The translations under genes were made by a program, and so were the position numbers. A stretch of DNA of 60,446 nucleotides from a virus (taxonomy: Duplodnaviria > Caudoviricetes), in the IMG/VR virus record IMGVR_UViG_3300023245_000015, positions 1 through 60,446 of that record. The stretch is one strand, 5' to 3'. The notes beneath the pieces were generated by a model that ran no database searches, was not told the origin of the DNA, and saw only the letters and a program-made list of their open reading frames with translations. Of this stretch, positions 1-8,811 are shown piece by piece (position 1 is the first letter of the stretch; the number at the start of each line of letters is the position of its first letter).

Positions 1-144
1 GGAGCGAATTCATCAAATTCTGCGCGTTTTGTCTGGTGGTCGTCATTCTTTGCGCGGTGCTGCTGTTATGAGCATAACCAAGCACAAGAGGTCAACAAAT
101 ACATTGACGCAATACCGCTCAACGTCAACGGATAGGTTGACGAG

Positions 145-471
145 GTGAGGTCAAAAGGTAACGCACCAACGGCAGCACAAAAGCGATGGCGGGAAGCTGT
201 GAGGGGCTTAGGCTCAATCATATCGGGCGATCCTGCTGTAATCCATCACGCGGTAGGGGCTACAGGCAAGCACAACAAGGTTGAGATAGGGCATTGGTGG
301 TTGATACCCCTAACTGACAGGGAACACAAGATGTTACACGCGGGAAATCTAGTCGTTAACCGCAAAGAGTTTGAAAAGGGCGCGTTTTTGGATGTCGTTG
401 CAGATGACAGAATGGATCAATTCGAGGTTCCCAATGAAGTATTTGAAGCAATTCAGGACTACCACAGATGA
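145..471 (+). CDS. Ref/DUF968-like HNH-type nuclease (Nin-region style)
   Basis: Pattern PTAAQKRW...AVIHH...LIPLTDREH..LH resembles Ref/DUF968 proteins; the usual Cys ligands are replaced. Confidence 0.55.
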   Translation: MRSKGNAPTAAQKRWREAVRGLGSIISGDPAVIHHAVGATGKHNKVEIGHWWLIPLTDREHKMLHAGNLVVNRKEFEKGAFLDVVADDRMDQFEVPNEVFEAIQDYHR

Positions 472-711
472 GCCGCCACTGAAGCATTTTTTCAGCTGAC
501 AAACATCACACGACCGCTACGCACAGTACGCTATGTGAAAGCTCGCAGGGTAGTAGCCAAGATACTGCGCGAAGATGGGTATAGCTTCCCTGAGATTGCA
601 GATGCACTGGAACGCGAACAAACAGCAGCAATTCATATGCTTAAAAAAGACCCACCCGAAGAATATGTGACAGCGGTCAGAAAGTTAATTTTATGTGGAG
701 AATCTAGATGA
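472..711 (+). CDS. DnaA domain IV-like HTH protein, 5' end unclear
   Basis: Open frame absent from the track: LRTVRYVKARRVVAKILREDGYSFPEIADALEREQTAAIHML; first standard start is GTG 535; TGA 709-711 overlaps the next ATG. Confidence 0.5.
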   Translation, partial: AATEAFFQLTNITRPLRTVRYVKARRVVAKILREDGYSFPEIADALEREQTAAIHMLKKDPPEEYVTAVRKLILCGESR

Positions 712-923
712 ACATTTACCAACAGAACGGTTTCGCCGATCGAATTGAATATTTCAAACACCTGGGGATGGTCAACAACGTCCGGGTTCGCACCGTTGCT
801 GAGATAGCTGATCAGTTAGGTCCAGACGAAGATTTCCGCGGACTCGTCACAGAACTTACACATCACAAGTCTGATGAGAATTTCGTTTCAGTCAGGTATG
901 GTAGAACGGACTACGTGAAGTAA
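708..923 (+). CDS. hypothetical phage protein
   Basis: GGAG RBS, ATGA coupling, NIYQQNGFADR...LGPDEDF motif. Confidence 0.6.
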   Translation: MNIYQQNGFADRIEYFKHLGMVNNVRVRTVAEIADQLGPDEDFRGLVTELTHHKSDENFVSVRYGRTDYVK

Positions 924-994
924 AATACACTGATCCACACCACTTGAAGTGACCTCAAATGAGTGCTAACGTGTATTAAACGAGGGAAAATAGC

Positions 995-1279
995 ATGATC
1001 ACCATTAACTGTGACAGGTGTCTGGCGGTTCAGACATTCGATTCAATTTATACGATGAGCCCAGCTATAGGCCGAGGCGATTTTAATTTCTTGAAGATTG
1101 GCGAAGCCACAAAATGTTATTGTCACGACTGTTACACAAGCGCCTTGGCTATGGTGTTGTCGCTTCAAGTTGAATCCGAAGCAATACTCGAGGCTGATTT
1201 TGAAGCGCATCAGACTAAAAAAGGAAATGTACCGACGCCATTATCCTTGTGGAGCAACCCCAGCGACACAACCCATTAG
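995..1279 (+). CDS. hypothetical protein with two CxxC pairs
   Basis: GAGGG RBS; CDRC and CHDC. Confidence 0.5.
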   Translation: MITINCDRCLAVQTFDSIYTMSPAIGRGDFNFLKIGEATKCYCHDCYTSALAMVLSLQVESEAILEADFEAHQTKKGNVPTPLSLWSNPSDTTH

Positions 1280-1287
1280 GTGCTAAG

Positions 1288-2463
1288 ATGACTGAACTTG
1301 CGGACTATTCAACACCCAAACAACTAGAATACTTAAATGCGGTTGCCAAACACGGCTCCGCTAGTAAAGCGGGATTTGTCCTGGGAGTAGACAAATCGAC
1401 AATCAACAAGTCTATTAAAGCATTAAAGCGAAAAGCAGCCAAATCTGGTTGGGCACCAGAGTTCGACCTTAATCACCCAGTGCCGTTAGGTTATAGTGTC
1501 AAAGGTGCTTCAACTTTATATGACAGTGTTACTGGGCTACCAAAGATCCAATGGATCAAGACCGACCGTGATAAAGAACAACAACTCGAACAGCTAGAAG
1601 AAGCTGTTGAGAACATCACAGCCAACATCAAACCTTTCAAAAAAATCAAAGCACCGAAAACAAGCATCAGTAACAAAGATTTGCTAGTAGTCTACCCTTT
1701 CGGAGACCCCCATGTGGGTCTTTACGCGTGGCACAAAGAGGCTGGCAAGGACTTCAACTGTGATATTGCTAGAGAAGAACTGCTTAAAGCCATGCAGTAT
1801 TTGTCTGATGCAGCGCCTGCAGCCGAGACTGCAGTGATACTTAATCTGGGCGATTTCTTTCATGCAGACAACGCATCGAACACCACAGCCAGATCAAACA
1901 ATCAGTTAGATGTAGACACCAGGTGGCCAAGAGTTCTCGAGCTAGGTATCCACGTCATGATTGACTGCATCAATCTGGCACTGCTGAAGCACCAGAAAGT
2001 TGTGGTGTTTAATGAAATCGGCAACCACGACACTCATACCGCGACCATGTTGTCTTTGTGTTTAAAGGCATGGTTTCGTAACGAGCCCCGGTGCGAGATT
2101 AAAGACACTATCGCTAAGCATGATTACTACCAGTTCGGCAAGGTTCTGATAGGCACCACTCATGGTGATACAGTAAATGCAGGTATGCGAAAGCAGTTAG
2201 GCGCTTTGATGGCACATGATATGCCTGTAGCGTGGGGCGAGACACAATTCAGATACTGGTATCAGGGACACATACACACCAGCAATAAAGAAGAACATAT
2301 CGGCTGTTTATGGGAAAGCTTTCGCAATCTGGCACCGAACGACAACTGGCATGCCTCTCAAGGTTATCGCTCAGGCAGTGACATGACTGCTATCGTGCAT
2401 CACAGAAACTATGGTGAGGTATCAAGACTAACCTGCAATATCAGCATGGTGGACGCATTATAA
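1288..2463 (+). CDS. calcineurin-like metallophosphoesterase with N-terminal HTH
   Basis: Motifs GDPH, GDFFH, GNHD, THGD, GHIH; start moved to ATG 1288 (AGGTG RBS). Confidence 0.85.
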   Translation: MTELADYSTPKQLEYLNAVAKHGSASKAGFVLGVDKSTINKSIKALKRKAAKSGWAPEFDLNHPVPLGYSVKGASTLYDSVTGLPKIQWIKTDRDKEQQLEQLEEAVENITANIKPFKKIKAPKTSISNKDLLVVYPFGDPHVGLYAWHKEAGKDFNCDIAREELLKAMQYLSDAAPAAETAVILNLGDFFHADNASNTTARSNNQLDVDTRWPRVLELGIHVMIDCINLALLKHQKVVVFNEIGNHDTHTATMLSLCLKAWFRNEPRCEIKDTIAKHDYYQFGKVLIGTTHGDTVNAGMRKQLGALMAHDMPVAWGETQFRYWYQGHIHTSNKEEHIGCLWESFRNLAPNDNWHASQGYRSGSDMTAIVHHRNYGEVSRLTCNISMVDAL

Positions 2464-2464
2464 T

Positions 2465-2659
2465 ATGGCAACTATAAAAATAAGCGAAGAATTGATCGCA
2501 GACCTGTTGTTTGGCGGCGCTGTAGTACATATCCGTGACGCTGCGATAGTGTCTCGAGGAGTTTTAGAGCTCACGATTGACGGCCCCACTGTACCTGAAA
2601 CTGATCACGTCACATATACCTCTCATGGGGCGATTGCCCACTTCGAGGCGTGTCTGTGA
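2465..2659 (+). CDS. hypothetical protein
   Basis: Tightly packed ORF in the operon. Confidence 0.5.
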   Translation: MATIKISEELIADLLFGGAVVHIRDAAIVSRGVLELTIDGPTVPETDHVTYTSHGAIAHFEACL

Positions 2660-2913
2660 ACCAATCCCGCTTAGAGAGTCTGATTGAGGTGCTGTTAGGT
2701 ACAGCGATTGGATTCGTTATCAGCTACTCAGCAGGGCCTTTGGTGTATATGTATCTCGACAAGCCTTACAGCTATACGGGTAATCTTGTGATCACATTAG
2801 GCTTCACCATACTCAGTATCGCTCGTGGTTACATTGTCAGACGTTGGTTTAATGCAGGGCTATCCCGTATTGCCAGTCGTATAACCTTACAAATTATTAA
2901 CTGGAGAAGTTGA
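2656..2913 (+). CDS. small two-TM phage membrane protein
   Basis: QSRLESLIE...IGF...SIARGYIVRRWFN pattern, two hydrophobic segments. Confidence 0.65.
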   Translation: MNQSRLESLIEVLLGTAIGFVISYSAGPLVYMYLDKPYSYTGNLVITLGFTILSIARGYIVRRWFNAGLSRIASRITLQIINWRS

Positions 2914-2914
2914 T

Positions 2915-3466
2915 ATGCTTGAACTATGTGTAGTGCTTAATGGACCGCCGGGCGCAGGCAAAGATACCATCGCAGATCTGCTGGTACAAGCCGACTTTAC
3001 TCATCATCGGATGAAGACCTCATTAAACATTGAGGTAGCGCACCATTATAAAATTCCATTATCGGTCTTCGAGTTCTTAGCCGGGGACAGAATGCTCAAA
3101 GAGTTATCATCTCACATGCTGGGCGGATTAAGTCCTAGACAGGCACAGATTCATGTTAGTGAGACACTGATCAAGCCTAATTTGGGTTTGGATTATTTTG
3201 GCCAGGCTGCTGCAGAACAATGTGTCTATCAAAATTCAAGTTTTGCCGTGTTCAGCGATGGTGGATTTAAAGAAGAGATCGAACCGCTGATACAAGTTTT
3301 TGACCTGGTGATGATTGTCAGACTACTTCGAGAAGGCTTTACGTTCGAAGGCGATTCAAGATCATATCTCAAAGACTTTCCACATATGGTGGATATTAAA
3401 CTGGAAGAAGGTCACCCCGAATACGCAGTGGCTGAGATCCTGCAAGCTTGTCGTCTATGCGAGTAG
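2915..3466 (+). CDS. deoxynucleoside monophosphate kinase
   Basis: P-loop NGPPGAGKDT, SPRQ..I.VSE, SDGGF.EE, FEGDSRSY. Confidence 0.8.
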   Translation: MLELCVVLNGPPGAGKDTIADLLVQADFTHHRMKTSLNIEVAHHYKIPLSVFEFLAGDRMLKELSSHMLGGLSPRQAQIHVSETLIKPNLGLDYFGQAAAEQCVYQNSSFAVFSDGGFKEEIEPLIQVFDLVMIVRLLREGFTFEGDSRSYLKDFPHMVDIKLEEGHPEYAVAEILQACRLCE

Positions 3467-3584
3467 CACTAGAGCTTCTGTTGCGTTTTGGCTTAGTGCT
3501 AGCTGTGATGGCCACAGTGCTGCCGGTCTTGGTTGCAGTGATGTTTTTGTTCGCTATTGAAGAACTTGAAGCAAACCAGAATTT

Positions 3585-3920
3585 CTAGCTACCGGCATCC
3601 CAGAACTTAGCAAAACCTGCAGTAACCACACCCACTATACCTATCAGAAAAGCCCAACCAATCTTTTTAAGTGAAGACACGACCTGGCTGTTGAAACTTG
3701 ACTCTATAATCTCTCGAATATCAGCTTTGGTAGGGGCTGCATCAATTGAAGTTTTTAGTGCAGTGTGGTGGATATTCATCTCGTCTAGTCTGAAATGGAG
3801 CGCTTTTACAGAAGCTCCATTCGAATGAACTTTCTCACTGATCTTATCGATCAAGACTTCATGGCGCACTGACTGCTCTTGAAGTTTGTTTATCTGTTCT
3901 TGATCAAAATCGTTCGGCAT
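3585..3920 (-). CDS. coiled-coil protein with C-terminal TM (possible lysis/holin-related)
   Basis: Heptad-like N-terminus, hydrophobic C-terminal helix. Confidence 0.5.
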   Translation of the reverse strand: MPNDFDQEQINKLQEQSVRHEVLIDKISEKVHSNGASVKALHFRLDEMNIHHTALKTSIDAAPTKADIREIIESSFNSQVVSSLKKIGWAFLIGIVGVVTAGFAKFWDAGS

Positions 3921-3973
3921 GCTGGTCGTTCATAATGAATGAGGGTGTGCTGATTATGTGGTCTGAAACTCCG

Positions 3974-6670
3974 CTAGTCAAATGTGCGGAGCTTTAGACC
4001 TGCAAAGTAGGCTTCCCCTTCATCGTACTGCCGCAACCCCATAATGGACTCCATTCGTTCATAGAACTCCATCTTGCTGGTGGGGCGCCCAGAAGGGTTA
4101 CTGCTCTTGAACCAGTTGGTGTACGCTCGCCAGCAATCCTGACATTTCACACGCTTACTGCTTTCAACAGATAGCATTTCATCGATGAACATACCTATTG
4201 GATTAGCATGATGAACCCAATTAGCATGGGCTCTGCGAGAGTCTTCGGGTGGATTCCAATCCCCCCTGGCCCGTAGTCTCGATACTCCCGCCACAAATCT
4301 GTTCAGAATTCCTGGTAGCTCATCTCTCAGCATGATGGATTTCTTAGAATCGTCCTTTTCAGCTGCGCTTATTCTATGGTTGAAGTCAAATATCTGAGCC
4401 CGTTCCCGGAACGCATCGGTCACATCACGGCTTATTGGCCAATAGTTGGACAACACCATCGGGAGTGATCGACATACAAACCGGATATCATCACCATATT
4501 TGACAGCCGCTGTGACTATCTTTTCTTCAGATGTCTTTTTGATGAAGCCGTCGGGCAATGGTGCACCCTTGGCATAATCGTCATCGACCACCAAAAGCTT
4601 ACCCTGGAGCCCAATTTCAGCGAAGTCAGATTTCTTTTCACCGTAGGCTGATAGTTCTCGAGACACTGCAGCAGTCCCTAATAGCGCCTGGAATACGTCA
4701 GCCACGGTGCTTTTACCTGCATCCTTATTACCCTTGAACAGTATCCATGACTTCAACCACCGACTGTTTTGGATCACATAGCCACCCAGCTCTTCCAGGT
4801 GGCGTATCATATTTTCAGGATCTTTACTCTCACTGAAGACCATCTTCATGAAGTTGTCCCATTGAGGGCACTTGGCTTCAGGGTCATATTTAGTTCCTAT
4901 CTGAATGGTAAAGAAGTTAGCCGGGTCATGCTTCTTGAGAGTGAACTCGCCTTTGCGGTTGAAGTGTAGCTCACCATTCAGACAGTTAATCACCGGTAAC
5001 TCTATTCTATCGAGTAGATGTAACGGATCTGAACGGCTTTCTTGTTCTGCCATATGACTTTGAAACATGATCCACAAGTTGCTCACAAGAGCTGATGTTT
5101 TAGCATCACCTACCACAGCCACCAAAGGCATGATGTCTTCTGAGCGCTCAGTGCGTATCTTCACAAAAGTCTTTTGCATCTTGCCCCGGATACGTTCGTC
5201 ATCATCCATCGACCAGAGCCCTGTGTCGTAGCTCCACCACTTTTTGCCTACACGTTTGAGATGCTTACCTTCTCCAAAGTGAGTGTTCAACGTTTCCTGG
5301 ATCAGTTCAATCTCAATATCGGCAATAGCACCTTGTTCGTCAGCCAATTCAGCGGTGAGTCGTTTGCTAGATACTTTGATTTGCTCTAGTACAGATTTCT
5401 TACTAGGCTTAGGAATTTCTGAAGCATCACGAATTAATGCGGCAAGCACGTCGGTGTCTGCAGCGTCGAGTTTTGCTGCGGCTACCCTGTTGATCAGGGT
5501 CTTTCGAATATTTCGGTCAAGTGGCGCATCAGCTTTACGATCTTCAATCTCATGAGATAATGTTTCAAATGTCAATTTCTGTGGAACTATTTCAGCATTG
5601 GAATCAGAGTCTGGTATCGCAATACTGCCAGAGTCTGCAAACTCGTTAGAAGCTAAGATGTTTTCGATCTCGGGGATTTCTAGAGCGAAAGCTGTCATCG
5701 CTTTCTGTGAGGGCGCCTGACCGATCGAACCCTCATAGCCCTTGTCCAACACCCCAAATTTGTTTAACCGTATCAGATCCCATGAGTTGACGAGCTGTGA
5801 GGATGCTGCGTCGGACTCGTGATTACTGTACAGAAAGGCCGCCTCACACTGGTCGGACCCGTAGACCACGGCGCCTGATGTCCCAGTCGAGCCGACAGGC
5901 CGGTAGCGGTTGTCCCACTCGGTACATTCATAAGGCATGTCGAACTTCTCGATAGCCTGGTGTATGTTATAGTGTCGACAGAAGATTCCAATTATACCAG
6001 ATTTGTCATAAGGGTCTTCTTGTTTTTTATCAGACGCAGTGAGTTTGCCTTCTTTAGTGGTTACTGGCCATGTGCCGAAATCGGTCCAATCGTCATAGGT
6101 AGAAAGGACGAGGTCAGGGTCAACAAAATTGCCTTTGTTGTGAACCCCGACCTCTTCCCCGTCAGACGACCTACTAGGCCAGTACATTAACTGGGTTACA
6201 CGGAATGCAGTCTCATCAAAAAAGTTTATATCTAATAGATTCGCCATATAGCGAGCGATAGCTTGATACTCTTCAGGCTTCACAGATCTACTGAAAGGAA
6301 AGATTAACCGATATCGCGGGTTGTCAGTGCTGTGTTTATGAGTCGAATGGAGCACATACTCATAATCAGAATAGACCCAGTGGAGATCATCGAAGTCTCC
6401 TACAGGAAGAAAATCCAGGTCGAGTGTGATGCAGGTTCGTTCGATCAACATCTCGCGCTTGCGTATGTTGCCTGTGAAATGACCACCGATAAAGTAGCCA
6501 ACATCTTTAATGTCCCCTTGCTTGTCGGGTTTCATCTGCATGTAGTCAGCGTATTTTTCGTTGGTAACAGTGAATTTCGTTAACTTGCTAACAAGCTTAC
6601 TCCATCCCCCAGAAACATTCGTAATAACGCTGTTAGTTCTATTTTTACCAGTGGCAATACTGATATTCAT
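3974..6670 (-). CDS. primase-helicase (AEP-like N-terminus, P4/D5-family SF3 helicase)
   Basis: ITLDLD, HSTHKH...PRYRLIFP, QLMYWPS; INCLNGEL, CPQWDNF, Walker A GNKDAGKS. Confidence 0.85.
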   Translation of the reverse strand: MNISIATGKNRTNSVITNVSGGWSKLVSKLTKFTVTNEKYADYMQMKPDKQGDIKDVGYFIGGHFTGNIRKREMLIERTCITLDLDFLPVGDFDDLHWVYSDYEYVLHSTHKHSTDNPRYRLIFPFSRSVKPEEYQAIARYMANLLDINFFDETAFRVTQLMYWPSRSSDGEEVGVHNKGNFVDPDLVLSTYDDWTDFGTWPVTTKEGKLTASDKKQEDPYDKSGIIGIFCRHYNIHQAIEKFDMPYECTEWDNRYRPVGSTGTSGAVVYGSDQCEAAFLYSNHESDAASSQLVNSWDLIRLNKFGVLDKGYEGSIGQAPSQKAMTAFALEIPEIENILASNEFADSGSIAIPDSDSNAEIVPQKLTFETLSHEIEDRKADAPLDRNIRKTLINRVAAAKLDAADTDVLAALIRDASEIPKPSKKSVLEQIKVSSKRLTAELADEQGAIADIEIELIQETLNTHFGEGKHLKRVGKKWWSYDTGLWSMDDDERIRGKMQKTFVKIRTERSEDIMPLVAVVGDAKTSALVSNLWIMFQSHMAEQESRSDPLHLLDRIELPVINCLNGELHFNRKGEFTLKKHDPANFFTIQIGTKYDPEAKCPQWDNFMKMVFSESKDPENMIRHLEELGGYVIQNSRWLKSWILFKGNKDAGKSTVADVFQALLGTAAVSRELSAYGEKKSDFAEIGLQGKLLVVDDDYAKGAPLPDGFIKKTSEEKIVTAAVKYGDDIRFVCRSLPMVLSNYWPISRDVTDAFRERAQIFDFNHRISAAEKDDSKKSIMLRDELPGILNRFVAGVSRLRARGDWNPPEDSRRAHANWVHHANPIGMFIDEMLSVESSKRVKCQDCWRAYTNWFKSSNPSGRPTSKMEFYERMESIMGLRQYDEGEAYFAGLKLRTFD

Positions 6671-6712
6671 TGATCTCTCCGTCTATCCGGCAGTGATAGT
6701 CGCATAAAAGTG

Positions 6713-6742
6713 TTGACATGGCCAGCAGCTTTGTAATAAATT
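6713..6742 (+). promoter_or_regulatory. putative sigma70 promoter of the replication operon
   Basis: TTGACA-18 bp-TAAATT in the divergent gap. Confidence 0.5.
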
Positions 6743-6768
6743 CACATCTCACACAACGGAGAGTGACA

Positions 6769-7203
6769 ATGAGTAAACAAGTAGCAGAAGCAATCGTATA
6801 CCTGGCAGACGCCATCAAGGAGACATTTGGAGACAACCCCCTTGTTGTTCGCACAGTGCATGACGAGATTCAGATAGGCACAGATCTGTTGGAAACTGTT
6901 GATAAAACGCTTGAAGTTATCGACGCGAACACGGAAAAAACCTCTGCTGATCTTGCTGCGTTTAAGGAAGAGCCAATTGAGGATGAAGCTGACGAGGTAG
7001 AAGCAGCTCCCGAAGATGAGGTCTCGCCGGCTAAGCAGAAAGAGGCAGTGCGCACTGCACTAGGCGAGTTGCAGACTGCGACGGATGTCAAAACCGCTAA
7101 GACGTTACTGAACAGTTTTGATGCCACGTCAATCGGCAAACTCAAACCTGAAGATTACCAGGACGTGATCCAGGCTTGCAAAGAAGCAATCGAAGACGCA
7201 TAA
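6769..7203 (+). CDS. acidic hypothetical protein typical of APSE-like replication clusters
   Basis: GGAG RBS before ATG 6769; C-terminal ATSIGKLKPEDY motif. Confidence 0.65.
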   Translation: MSKQVAEAIVYLADAIKETFGDNPLVVRTVHDEIQIGTDLLETVDKTLEVIDANTEKTSADLAAFKEEPIEDEADEVEAAPEDEVSPAKQKEAVRTALGELQTATDVKTAKTLLNSFDATSIGKLKPEDYQDVIQACKEAIEDA

Positions 7204-7267
7204 TGCGGAAACATAGTGCGAATGGGTCGCATAAAGTCCTCGGCTCACACAGCGGGGCAGGAATTAA

Positions 7268-7342
7268 GGCATAGTGGCGGAGTGGTTACGCAATTGATTG
7301 TCTATCAATATCACGCAGGTTCGAACCCTGTCTATGTCGCCA
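7268..7342 (+). tRNA. tRNA-Asp(GUC)
   Basis: Acceptor GGCATAG/CTATGTC, G73, encoded CCA; anticodon arm ATTGA-TTGTCTA-TCAAT; T arm GCAGG-TTCGAAC-CCTGT. Confidence 0.9.
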
Positions 7343-7346
7343 ATAA

Positions 7347-7429
7347 CAGGGTGCTTTCTGGTATCGACGTTGTAGAAGACCTTCACAGGACTGCGACGGA
7401 CTAGGGTTCGAGTCCCTACGCCTTCACCA
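7347..7429 (+). ncRNA. minimal tmRNA-like RNA (tRNA-like domain only, no tag ORF)
   Basis: Acceptor CAGGGTG/CGCCTTC with G3.U70, A73-CCA; stemless D loop TTCTGGTATCGA; 8-bp helix CGTTGTAG/CTGCGACG; GAC connector; T arm TAGGG-TTCGAGT-CCCTA. Confidence 0.8.
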
Positions 7430-7446
7430 AATTTCGGGAGAGATTT

Positions 7447-7801
7447 ATGAAAAAAAGCAACACAAGCAGATGCAATTGAACTATGTAAGATATTATCCCA
7501 CATAACACCGCACTATGGTGCATATGTCGCATTAACCGGTGGCTGTCTATATGACGAGGGTGAACGTAAAGATATCGACATTCTTATATATCGACATCGA
7601 GACAAACAAATTTCATGGCCAAAGCTATGGGTAGCGCTGGCTGACAAACAGATATTCTTAGTTAAAAACCATGGGTGGTGTAAGAAAGCGACCTGGAACG
7701 GATTCTCAATAGATTTCTTCGACCCAGAATCCGATGGTGAATACCCTGGCGCAGCCTCTACAGGTGATAGCAGTAGATCAATTTTTGACATATTCAAATG
7801 A
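7447..7801 (+). pseudogene. Pol-beta-like nucleotidyltransferase, frameshifted in an A7 run after the ATG
   Basis: GGGAG RBS; removing one A gives a 117-aa ORF with VALTGGCLYDEGERKDIDILIY...IDFF that is coupled to the next gene. Confidence 0.7.
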
Positions 7802-7971
7802 ACATCAAAGAAATTGCTGAGAAAGAAGTGGCAGAAGAACAGTTCCGTGAGCAGGTGGAAGTCTACAAAACGGAGTTGCGGAAAGGTCGAGTCCAGTTCA
7901 AGCGGCTGCGAGAGTTTTTCGCACTGCAAGGAATGGCTTGGCTTCATTTAATGAAAGGAGAAAATTCATGA
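7798..7971 (+). CDS. small coiled-coil protein (57 aa, not in the track)
   Basis: ATGA coupling at both ends; resembles the next ORF. Confidence 0.6.
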   Translation: MNIKEIAEKEVAEEQFREQVEVYKTELRKGRVQFKRLREFFALQGMAWLHLMKGENS

Positions 7972-8156
7972 ACGATGTTTCGAAATTACCCCAAACCGCC
8001 AGACAGTTGGCAGAAAAAGAGTTCGCCGCAGAACAACGCAAAGAAGATGTGATTCGCTTCAAAGAGTTGTTAAGCAAAAAAGCGAAAGCCGAAAAAGTCG
8101 TTGCGGCCATCCAGGCTGAGATTGAAGACTTAGAAGCCGAACTCTCTGATGGATAA
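7968..8156 (+). CDS. small coiled-coil protein
   Basis: AAGGAG RBS before ATG 7968. Confidence 0.65.
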   Translation: MNDVSKLPQTARQLAEKEFAAEQRKEDVIRFKELLSKKAKAEKVVAAIQAEIEDLEAELSDG

Positions 8157-8703
8157 CAGGCATAACCGAATTCACCCGCTGGAAGTGTTTTGTGGCGGGT
8201 GGCGTTCGGACACTGTCTTACTAGAGCGAGAGGGGTGGCGCTTTATGATGGAGCGGCGTGACTATAACCACACTATCCATCTGATGATGCATAACCCTTC
8301 AAATGGGCAGAATGCTGCCATAAGTTTCCGTTCGTTTGAAGAGTACGATCACTTCCGTGGGCCTCTGGTTTTGCAAGGAACACCCTTCACGATGGTGACT
8401 GGCGCCCCAGAGGCTATTCTGGCCGTGCAAGAAAGCACACCGATCTTCATGGAAGATGCCATGTTAGAGGAACGACAGTCGATAATGATGAATGTTCCAC
8501 TGCGTGAGTTGTTCCCGCAGAGCGCAAACCCAACATACGCTGGTGAAGCACAAGAGATCTATGTGCCGAACGAGAAGACAGTCGAACAACTGCTGGATGT
8601 GATCTTGAAGCAGCAAGTGCCTGAACAGCAAGTGCTTCGGGATCGAGCGCGTAAGCGCAGTAGGCGCCGAGCCACAATACTGACATTGGAGGATGTAGCA
8701 TGA
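8149..8703 (+). CDS. hypothetical protein
   Basis: 184-aa ORF overlapping its neighbours. Confidence 0.65.
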   Translation: MDNRHNRIHPLEVFCGGWRSDTVLLEREGWRFMMERRDYNHTIHLMMHNPSNGQNAAISFRSFEEYDHFRGPLVLQGTPFTMVTGAPEAILAVQESTPIFMEDAMLEERQSIMMNVPLRELFPQSANPTYAGEAQEIYVPNEKTVEQLLDVILKQQVPEQQVLRDRARKRSRRRATILTLEDVA

Positions 8704-8811
8704 CATTTATTGAATTAATACACGCTAGCCCCTTCATAACCTTGTTGATTTTCTATCTCGTTTGTGAAACTATTTGTAGTGTTGCTAGATCATTCTCCAG
8801 GAGAGATAAAG

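Noticed and set aside
7376-7392. CTTCACA loop as a UCA (Sec/opal suppressor) anticodon
   Set aside because: The flanks AAGAC/GGACT do not form an anticodon stem and there is no D stem; the fold fits a tmRNA tRNA-like domain
7391-7429. attP copy of the host ssrA 3' end, or a permuted two-piece tmRNA
   Set aside because: Both the 5' and 3' halves are present in standard order and pair with each other; no integrase or coding piece is nearby
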